IMG/VR virus record: IMGVR_UViG_3300050034_000081
Origin: a virus
Length of the DNA: 64,000 nt
Direction: 5' to 3' (one strand)
Position 1 is the stretch's first letter. Each line of letters opens with the position of its first letter. The position numbers and the translations under genes are program-made. Under the pieces are notes generated by a model that was not told the origin of the DNA, did not search any database, and saw nothing but the letters and a program-made list of their open reading frames with translations. Below are positions 44,751 to 52,508 of this stretch, one piece after another.

Positions 44751-45097
44751 TATGATTTCTCCACATTCTTTTTATGTTTAAATGCTAAACTTCCAGCACC
44801 AATAGTAGTTCCCAATCCAATACCGCCAATAATCTTTTCTTTTAATTTATGAGAATTAATTTCAGATTCATGACCTTTAATTTGGTCTCTTAATTTATGA
44901 ATCTTCTTTCCTAAATCACCATTCATTTTGCGTTGTTTTAAATAAGCTTCACCTAAATCACCATTCTTAGCACCTTCGTAAGCACCACGAATAGCTTTCT
45001 TGGTTGCATTTCTAGAATTTTTAATATCAGCTTCTACGGCACCAAATAAACCTCGAATAGCTTTACCGGTTCGCATAGCCAATTTAATTAAACTCAT
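44750..45097 (-). CDS. MSLIKLA-leader small basic protein
   Basis: C-terminal IIGGIGLGTTIGAGSLAFKHKK; GAGGA RBS. Confidence 0.65.
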   Translation of the reverse strand: MSLIKLAMRTGKAIRGLFGAVEADIKNSRNATKKAIRGAYEGAKNGDLGEAYLKQRKMNGDLGKKIHKLRDQIKGHESEINSHKLKEKIIGGIGLGTTIGAGSLAFKHKKNVEKS

Positions 45098-45124
45098 GTG
45101 ATCCTCTAGGTAATAATTATTAGT

Positions 45125-45148
45125 GAAGCACTAACGAATTAGTGCTTC
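45125..45148. terminator. Hairpin (attenuator, terminator or processing site)
   Basis: GAAGCACTAA-CGAA-TTAGTGCTTC, 10-bp perfect stem, no long U-tract. Confidence 0.55.
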
Positions 45149-45156
45149 CGTAATAA

Positions 45157-45798
45157 TTACTTATCATGCATCTTTTTAGCACCATAACCAAGAGCGGCAA
45201 GAGCGGCAGCGGCACCTATTCCACCAGCACTCTTAGGATGAGACTTAATAAAAGCCTTTACCGCACTAGCTTTCTGACCAGCTTTCTCAGCATATTCCTT
45301 AGCCTTATCTTTAGCACTAGCATCCTTCTCTACTTCTTCCTCAGCCATCTTATCTAACTGAGTATGAACTTCATTGGCCTCTTCAGTAAGTTCATTGGAA
45401 ATATTAATAAGAGTTTCAGCCATCTTATTAAGAGTTTCGTCTTCCTTAGCCTCATCAGCAATCTCAGCATAAACTGAAGCGATCTTATTCATATCTTCAG
45501 CAATGTCAAGAGCTTCTTCTAAAGCCGAACCATCTTCAGAAGCAGTCTTGGTAAGGCAAGCTCCCATTCTTTCGCCAAGCTGATAAGTATCAGCAGCAAG
45601 AGCTTTCAGATTATCATTCTCTAACTCTTCAGCGATCTTATACATTTCCTCGCCAATAGCAATCAGAGAACGCGAATCATCCAGAACGCCAATTTCACCA
45701 GCTACCTTTTCAAGGGCCTGTTCCTCGGCAGTCTTTTCAACTTCAGAAGCTGTCTTTTCTACTTCTTCAGTGAGTTTATCAATTAAAAGCTTCGACAT
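45157..45798 (-). CDS. Scaffold/core-like protein with 10 K-x-A motifs
   Basis: EKTAS, EKTAE, EKVAG, YKIAE, TKTAS, NKIAS, NKMAE, DKMAE, EKDAS, PKSAG; acidic body and basic Gly/Ala tail; high-expression codons. Confidence 0.65.
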   Translation of the reverse strand: MSKLLIDKLTEEVEKTASEVEKTAEEQALEKVAGEIGVLDDSRSLIAIGEEMYKIAEELENDNLKALAADTYQLGERMGACLTKTASEDGSALEEALDIAEDMNKIASVYAEIADEAKEDETLNKMAETLINISNELTEEANEVHTQLDKMAEEEVEKDASAKDKAKEYAEKAGQKASAVKAFIKSHPKSAGGIGAAAALAALGYGAKKMHDK

Positions 45799-45828
45799 TT
45801 AAATGTCTCCTATGTGTGAGTTTGGTTA

Positions 45829-47040
45829 CTATTCAGGTTTGCCATTATAATAAGTATTTACTACAACGGGTTTAACATCTTTCTTTTTAAATGCATCAAA
45901 TCCCTTAGTGAAACTACCAGCCATGTCTAAAATAGAAGGACTATCATTTCTACTGCCACGATCCTGAATTTCACGAAGTTTACCAACTGTATTAACATCA
46001 ACTCCATTAAATGTATCGAATTGACGAATTAATGATGGGGCAACCATTGGATCTAAAGCTAAAGAAGGACTATGCCGCGCAATTACATCAAAATAATCTC
46101 TAGCATTAGGAATATTACGAATATCAGCATTAGCTTTAGCAATTGTATTAAATGAATCATTTAACTGTCGTTCCTGCATCATTCTTGAAACGATACCACC
46201 AGCGCCTCTAGCAGCAGCAATACCTACTCCAACAGAACCTAACGCTAAAGCTGGAACTAAATTTTCACCTAATGCTTGTATAACCTTATCAAATACGCCA
46301 GCTTCTTTAGTAACTTCAGCGGCTTTATTCATAATAAATTTACCAGTACTATCAGGCACTTTTTTCATCCCCTCCTTAAATGATCCAATATAACTAGCCG
46401 GCATTAAGCCTCTTTTAATTGGAGCTTCGGCAACATAACCACCAACCTTACCAACTACTTTAGCAGAACCTTTTAATGCTCCACCAGCTAAACCAGAAAT
46501 GATTCCCGCACGTTTTTCAACTAAATAGTCAATTACTTTTTCTTTATGAGCAATTTTATCCATATCTTTCTTTAATGCGGGAACTTCACTATAAGCTAAT
46601 TTTTCTAAAGAAGGATTTTCATAAACCAATCTTCTATAATAAGAAGCTACTTTAGTTAATTCTTCTCCAATTTCTTTTCTACATTTATCAATTGCAAGTT
46701 GATACTGTAAAGTTTCAACTTCATTTTCTTCTGCTACTTTTTCTAAATCACTATATTCTGTAAATTTGATAGCAGCAGTTTTTTCAACTTTATCTAATAA
46801 ACCGATTTTTTCTTTAACAATATTAAATTGTGCTACATCAAAAATCTGATCACCAGTAGATGCAAATTTCTGTAAATAACAAGTTTTATTGGACTCTTCT
46901 ACTAATCTTTTAGTTTGCTCAATATTTAACTTATTTTCAGCAGCATACTTAGCTATAGATTCATTCATATCTACGTTTGACTTGAGATATTTCGAAGCTA
47001 TTTTATTTGCTGTAAGTTCTAAATCCATAGGAGGGTCCAA
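45829..47040 (-). CDS. Head/internal protein with many K-x-A motifs
   Basis: NKIAS, QKFAS, EKTAA, EKVAE, TKVAS, EKLAY, DKIAH, EKRAG, NKAAE, TKEAG; glycine-zipper segments. Confidence 0.6.
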   Translation of the reverse strand: MDPPMDLELTANKIASKYLKSNVDMNESIAKYAAENKLNIEQTKRLVEESNKTCYLQKFASTGDQIFDVAQFNIVKEKIGLLDKVEKTAAIKFTEYSDLEKVAEENEVETLQYQLAIDKCRKEIGEELTKVASYYRRLVYENPSLEKLAYSEVPALKKDMDKIAHKEKVIDYLVEKRAGIISGLAGGALKGSAKVVGKVGGYVAEAPIKRGLMPASYIGSFKEGMKKVPDSTGKFIMNKAAEVTKEAGVFDKVIQALGENLVPALALGSVGVGIAAARGAGGIVSRMMQERQLNDSFNTIAKANADIRNIPNARDYFDVIARHSPSLALDPMVAPSLIRQFDTFNGVDVNTVGKLREIQDRGSRNDSPSILDMAGSFTKGFDAFKKKDVKPVVVNTYYNGKPE

Positions 47041-47079
47041 TTCAAGATACTTTTATTGTCTCAACAAATTCGTCTAGTG

Positions 47080-48657
47080 TCAATCATTTTCGTTCATATT
47101 CACACTAACATCAGAGTCACCTGGATCCAATCGCGTACTAATTATCTGATCAGTACGTTTCATCCAGGTGAGTCGTGCATATAAAAGACTATGAAACGCA
47201 TCATCGGGTTGACTATGAATATATCTCATCTGTCTTAATCTATCAGAATATTCAGAATTAATATTACAATAATCTTTTCCAATATCTTCAAATTCTGACC
47301 ACTGATAAGGTTCTACTTTTTTACTTTTAATAGCATTAAATAAATCTGTCATAACTTCAGTTCTATTAGTCACATAAGTATTACCTTGGTCATCCCATGC
47401 TAAAGCTTTTTTAATAATACTATGTCTATAGGTTACATATATAACATGCTTAGGTAATAATCCACGCATTCTCGAATTTAAATCAAAACCAAATCCAAAG
47501 TCTGCTCCAACAAATGAAACATGAAAATCCATTAAAGTTTTAGTAATAGAAAATACTAAATTCTCAGGTTCAGCTTCTCTACCAATATATCTTTTCGCAA
47601 ATATAATTTTAAATTTATTAGCAATAGTATCAAAATATCCAATTGTTAAAATTGTAAATCCAGTATTACCACCACCCCAATCTATTCCGGCATATAATTC
47701 TACGCCAGAAATGCTAGTTGGCATTATGTTCCACATGGGTCTATCTAGACTGCAAGATGATATTAACTGATCTCTGGATAGGGGTTTTTGGCCGTTGTCG
47801 TAGGATTCTCCAAAAGTTTCATTCATCAGTGCTCCAGTATCAAAATTGCGCATTTTAAAAAATAAATCTTTCCAATCTACATCTTCGGTTGGAAGAATAA
47901 TGTAAGGTAATCTAAATCCCTGAATTTCAGATTCTTGAGCAGATACCCAACAACCATATCTAGTATATATTTCTTTTTTACATTTTCTACACCATAAACC
48001 TGGCTTATCTAATAATACGACTTCTATTCCTAATTTATTATAATATCCACAATGCATACATTTTACATGCCATTCATTTTGCGAAGATTTTTCCCACTTT
48101 TTCTGTATATTATTATCTAAAGTTTTAGGAGTTCCTGCATACATATATTTAGCATTTTTACGTTTCTGAGAACATGCCTCAATTATTGGTGCCACATCTT
48201 CTAACTGGTCTTGAATTTCGTCATGATACTGATAATCAATTGTTAATCCCCGAATACTATCTGCATCGTGAAATGCAGATCGAAAATATAAAGTAGATAG
48301 GTTTTTTAAACGCTTTTCTTCTATTCTAAAACCTTTAATTCCCGGATAAAAAGTTTTATTTAAAAGCTGAGATGTTTCAAATATTTCATCTATTTTCTTA
48401 CGTGAGTAGACCCCAGATTGTTTGAAGGTAGGAGCAACATATAAAGAACTAGTATATGGATTTAAACAAGCATTAGCAATTTGATTACCACTCATTGTAG
48501 TAGATTTTTCAGTCTGTCGTGCTGCAAGTAAAAGAGTTCTTTTAGCAATATTGTTAATAATTGGAAAAATATATGGTCTTTCTTTAAATCTCCATAATCT
48601 TCCATCAAGTCTCATAACTTTTTGTATGAAGTCTGAATTTGAAATTTTAATTGACAC
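47080..48657 (-). CDS. terL: Terminase large subunit (GpA-like)
   Basis: LLLAARQTEKST Walker A variant, YHDEIQD Walker B, AGTPKT, CxxC pairs, AGIDWG and QPDDAFHS nuclease motifs. Confidence 0.88.
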   Translation of the reverse strand: MSIKISNSDFIQKVMRLDGRLWRFKERPYIFPIINNIAKRTLLLAARQTEKSTTMSGNQIANACLNPYTSSLYVAPTFKQSGVYSRKKIDEIFETSQLLNKTFYPGIKGFRIEEKRLKNLSTLYFRSAFHDADSIRGLTIDYQYHDEIQDQLEDVAPIIEACSQKRKNAKYMYAGTPKTLDNNIQKKWEKSSQNEWHVKCMHCGYYNKLGIEVVLLDKPGLWCRKCKKEIYTRYGCWVSAQESEIQGFRLPYIILPTEDVDWKDLFFKMRNFDTGALMNETFGESYDNGQKPLSRDQLISSCSLDRPMWNIMPTSISGVELYAGIDWGGGNTGFTILTIGYFDTIANKFKIIFAKRYIGREAEPENLVFSITKTLMDFHVSFVGADFGFGFDLNSRMRGLLPKHVIYVTYRHSIIKKALAWDDQGNTYVTNRTEVMTDLFNAIKSKKVEPYQWSEFEDIGKDYCNINSEYSDRLRQMRYIHSQPDDAFHSLLYARLTWMKRTDQIISTRLDPGDSDVSVNMNEND

Positions 48658-48698
48658 GTGTCATTCCTTATGATACCATTTTTTATGGAGAGTGAAAA

Positions 48699-49634
48699 AT
48701 GTCTAGACATCCCAACGATTGGCAGGGTCAAGTATATCATAATTGTGAAGTAATAAAACCTTATGATGAAACAAAACTTGGAGGCCACGATATGTGGTAT
48801 CTTAAATGTTTTTGTGGAAAAATTTTTATCACTCAACCTTCTGAAGTTAAACGAGGAAAAACTGTTTCTTGTGGATGTTATAGACGAGAAGCATCAACTA
48901 TAAGAATGAATAAACAAATTGAAAATAATAATGGTCTTAGTATAGGAACTAAAAAAATAAATTATAGAAATTATATATCTGAAAATAATCTTAAAATAAT
49001 TGATCCGGTTATTCCAGAAAAAGATTCTGGTATGGATTATTGGAATGTATTATGTCCAAAATGTAATCAAATATTTCAAACAAAACCACGAGATGTAATT
49101 AATAGTAAAACTAAATCATGTAAATGTTCTCAATATAACAATATGATTGCCGCTAAAAAAGCAAGAGATGAAAGAATTCGTTTAGAAAATGGAGGAATAA
49201 GATTAACCGATTTAAATAACTCTTTGAGAATGGGTATATGTAATCCTATTAAACAATTAATTTTTAAATTAGATAATTATACATGTAATTTATGTTATGG
49301 TAATAAAAATATGTATTTTAACATGCATCATATAGTTCCAATAAAATTAAACTCTGATTTTAAATTTGATAAAAAAGAAGATTTTTATTCGGTTTATGAT
49401 ATTAATAATTTAATTACATTATGTGAAGAATGCCATAGGAAAGATGCCCATAATGGAAATGGTAGATGTGAACTGAATAAAGAAGTTCAAGAAGAATTAC
49501 AATTATTAACATCAATGCGTTATGTTCCAAAAGATATTCAAGAAGAATATGATCAAATAGTTAAAAATATAATTGAACCATGGATTGAAGATTATTTAAA
49601 TAACCGCGCAAAACAAGCCACTTTTTTGTTATAA
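48699..49634 (+). CDS. HNH homing endonuclease
   Basis: N-terminal CFCG/CGCY and CPKC/CKC zinc motifs; C-terminal CNLC...MHHIVP...NLITLCEECH HNH core. Confidence 0.85.
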   Translation: MSRHPNDWQGQVYHNCEVIKPYDETKLGGHDMWYLKCFCGKIFITQPSEVKRGKTVSCGCYRREASTIRMNKQIENNNGLSIGTKKINYRNYISENNLKIIDPVIPEKDSGMDYWNVLCPKCNQIFQTKPRDVINSKTKSCKCSQYNNMIAAKKARDERIRLENGGIRLTDLNNSLRMGICNPIKQLIFKLDNYTCNLCYGNKNMYFNMHHIVPIKLNSDFKFDKKEDFYSVYDINNLITLCEECHRKDAHNGNGRCELNKEVQEELQLLTSMRYVPKDIQEEYDQIVKNIIEPWIEDYLNNRAKQATFLL

Positions 49635-49635
49635 T
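49606..49635 (+). promoter_or_regulatory. Class A phage promoter
   Basis: GCGCAA 49606-49611, 18 nt, TGtTATAAT; leader has two hairpins. Confidence 0.7.
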
Positions 49636-49709
49636 ATATATGGAGTGAATGCATATCGCTATTCACCATAATATCTCTCGTTTGAGAGTAGTTTGGAAAG
49701 GAAGTTGTA

Positions 49710-50303
49710 ATGGCTTCTAAAAACATTTTTCTTACTGAACGGGGCTTCGGAACTTCGAAGCACGGAGAAGCAGTTATCATTGCTGGCCCCAATGGGGAAC
49801 CGGTAACGCTGCGAACCGTCATTACCCCGAATAAGTCCATTGGCGGTCAGCTTACCATCGTACCTCTTAAGGAACGTATCGATAAGTATAGCTCCAGTGA
49901 CATTAATGACAAGGAAGTAATTTTTGAATTAAAGATTGTTCGCAATACTACTACAATGAGTGGTGGAACGATCAGGGTGAAGCGGGTCGATGCGATCAAT
50001 ATGGAAGTCCAAATGTTCGAAATTGGATTTCTGTATAATCAAAAGACCAATATCGCCCAATTTGTGGAATCTTCAGAAATGGAGAATTCCGAAAGCGCAA
50101 AGGAACTGTTGAATGGAATTCTGTTCAACGCTTTCTGTGCCGGTCTTGATCGAACTTCGGTATATCGTCCCGACAAGCTTTATTATGGGAAGCAGGCTAC
50201 GGATGTTGCTCCCATTGAAAAGAAGTGGTTCGATAAGAAACTCGGTAAGGAAGTTGAAGAACGACCGAATAACCGAGAGCTTCAGGAAGTAGCTGTTTCC
50301 TGA
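49710..50303 (+). CDS. Hypothetical protein, probably highly expressed
   Basis: AAGGAAG RBS, higher-GC codons, own promoter and terminator. Confidence 0.65.
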   Translation: MASKNIFLTERGFGTSKHGEAVIIAGPNGEPVTLRTVITPNKSIGGQLTIVPLKERIDKYSSSDINDKEVIFELKIVRNTTTMSGGTIRVKRVDAINMEVQMFEIGFLYNQKTNIAQFVESSEMENSESAKELLNGILFNAFCAGLDRTSVYRPDKLYYGKQATDVAPIEKKWFDKKLGKEVEERPNNRELQEVAVS

Positions 50304-50308
50304 GAACT

Positions 50309-50355
50309 AGAATCGTGCTACAATAAAGGGTGCAATCACGCACCCTTTATTTTTT
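50309..50355 (+). promoter_or_regulatory. Class B promoter overlapping a terminator
   Basis: AGAATCGTGCTACAAT (50309-50324) then AAAGGGTGC-AATCAC-GCACCCTTT plus T-tract. Confidence 0.65.
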
Positions 50356-50365
50356 AACTGTGTAT

Positions 50366-50749
50366 ATGAGCGAATCTAATGGATCACAAATATTTATAAA
50401 AGAACAAAAAGATAAGTATGGAAAATTACTGTTTATAGAAAAAGTAATAAAACCCGATATGAAGGGTGAGCCGGATATCTTTGCGATATATAAATCAATG
50501 CCCGTATATGCTGAAGCTAAATTAATTAATACTTTTAGCTATCGGAACCTTTATCCATTTAAGGAATTACAGCTAGATACCTTAGAGGAGCGAGCTAAAA
50601 GTGGAGCTATGTGTATTGGGTTACTTTATTTAGAAAAACAGATAAGATATTTAATGTATTATGATTTAGAGGAATTTGTAGATTGGAATAAAGCAATTCC
50701 ATTTAGTTGGGAAGGCTTACGGGAGAAATGGATTGAATGTCTAAAATAA
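50366..50749 (+). CDS. Holliday-junction resolvase-like PD-(D/E)XK nuclease (RecU/VRR-NUC type)
   Basis: GEPDIF...YAEAK...ELQLDTLE motif. Confidence 0.7.
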   Translation: MSESNGSQIFIKEQKDKYGKLLFIEKVIKPDMKGEPDIFAIYKSMPVYAEAKLINTFSYRNLYPFKELQLDTLEERAKSGAMCIGLLYLEKQIRYLMYYDLEEFVDWNKAIPFSWEGLREKWIECLK

Positions 50750-52497
50750 ATATATCCATGGATGAAAAACGTCCAGATCAATTTTTAATAGAAACCGATG
50801 CGGACGTTTCATTATTTGGATGGGAAACTAAATCTAAATTCTGTTCCTATTATATGAACATGTCCCCATGGAATTTATCGGATTTATTTACGACTAATAA
50901 GACAAAACTTGGACACACTATTATTTATGATGACAGAGTTTTACCAATTATCGAAAATCTACGTAATGAAATTAAATTGTACAAAGATGCAGCAAGTATT
51001 AAAAATTTACCTATAGATGATATTAATGATATGTGGGAGGAACAAAGCTTCCCTTATTTATTTCCTAAAATCGAAGCTGATATGCACCAGAAACGTATGG
51101 TGCTTTGGGCATTAAAAGCAAAGAAGGTTGGATGTTTTGCTGAGCAAGGTACTGGTAAAACTCCAATAGGTATATTCATTTTAGGTAAATTATTATATGA
51201 TGGTTTAATTCGTAAACCAATAGTATTTGCACCTTTATCGTTATTAAATGATAATGTATGGTTTAAAGATTTGCGTCAATTTTCCGATTTTAAACCATTC
51301 AATCTACGAGATCCTGACAATTTATTTTGCGATGGTCAAATATCATTCATTAATTATGATAAACTGCAAAATTGGTGTTTTGAAAAAACTAAAACTGGAG
51401 AACATAGTTATATCAAAGATAATTTTTTCGAAATGCAAAAATTTGATGCAATTTACTATGATGAATCTTCTTCATTAAAAGGACATTCATCTTATAGAAC
51501 TCGTGCATTTATAAAAATAAGTAAATATGCAAAATATATATCTCTAGCATCAGGAACTGTTGCTCCAAATTCAATTTTCCAAATCTGGGGACAAATGAAG
51601 GCTTTAGGATCAGTTCTAGGAGATTCATATAGTCAATTTGAATCTAGATATGGTGCTCAAAGATCAGTTGGTCCAGTTATGAAATATTTCCCAAGATATA
51701 ACGCAGAACAAGAAATTCGTAAGCGCATAGATCTTGTTTCTTACTTTATTAAACGCTCAGACGTTTACGACCTCCCTCTTAGGAGCTTCGTTACTATAAA
51801 CGTAGATCTTCATGAAGATCATATGAAGCTTTATAAAAAGATAGAGAAAGATTATATAAGTGCCGTACAAGGTTTTGGAGATGATGGAGAAATAATAGAT
51901 GGTAAATTAAGAATTCAACATGAAGTTGCGGTCAGAATTCGTTTAATGCAGATTATGAATGGGTTCACGGTAGTAGAAGATAAAAATGGTAAGATACATC
52001 GAGTATCTTTACCATGGAATGCTAAGCTAGAAGCATTAGATAACTTTATTACTAAGTTCTTAGCTGAATCTGATGACAATAACATTATAGTATGGGCAAC
52101 CTTTAGGTGGGAAATCGAAACAATCTATAATAAGTATAAGGATATAGCTTCTTATATTTATGGTGGTTTAAATGATACTAAACGCAATGAATTACTAGAT
52201 AGATGGCTAAATGATAAAAGTTGTAGAATTATGGTAGCCATGCCACAAGCAGCCATGTTCGGCCATACGTGGTTAAAATCTAATGCATCATTCTACTATT
52301 CATGTACTGAAAATTATGAGTTTTATGCACAGTCGCATGATAGAAACTATAGACGTGGTTTAACAAGAGAAGTTACTGAGTATAAATTAGTCACATCAAA
52401 CACTATTGAAAGTAAAATATGGGCAGCAGTAAAATCACGTAAGAAACTTGATAAATTCCTAAAAGATTATTATCTAGAAAAAGCAAAATCACTTTAA
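50737..52497 (+). CDS. SNF2-family helicase
   Basis: HQKR, AEQGTGKT, INYD, YYDESS, LASGT, QSHDRNYRRG. Confidence 0.85.
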   Translation: MSKINISMDEKRPDQFLIETDADVSLFGWETKSKFCSYYMNMSPWNLSDLFTTNKTKLGHTIIYDDRVLPIIENLRNEIKLYKDAASIKNLPIDDINDMWEEQSFPYLFPKIEADMHQKRMVLWALKAKKVGCFAEQGTGKTPIGIFILGKLLYDGLIRKPIVFAPLSLLNDNVWFKDLRQFSDFKPFNLRDPDNLFCDGQISFINYDKLQNWCFEKTKTGEHSYIKDNFFEMQKFDAIYYDESSSLKGHSSYRTRAFIKISKYAKYISLASGTVAPNSIFQIWGQMKALGSVLGDSYSQFESRYGAQRSVGPVMKYFPRYNAEQEIRKRIDLVSYFIKRSDVYDLPLRSFVTINVDLHEDHMKLYKKIEKDYISAVQGFGDDGEIIDGKLRIQHEVAVRIRLMQIMNGFTVVEDKNGKIHRVSLPWNAKLEALDNFITKFLAESDDNNIIVWATFRWEIETIYNKYKDIASYIYGGLNDTKRNELLDRWLNDKSCRIMVAMPQAAMFGHTWLKSNASFYYSCTENYEFYAQSHDRNYRRGLTREVTEYKLVTSNTIESKIWAAVKSRKKLDKFLKDYYLEKAKSL

Positions 52498-52508
52498 TTG
52501 GAGTCCTA

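Noticed and set aside
45794-45807. Palindrome GACATTTAAATGTC over the start of 45157-45798
   Set aside because: It gives only a 5-bp AU-rich stem, too weak to support a regulatory call without data.
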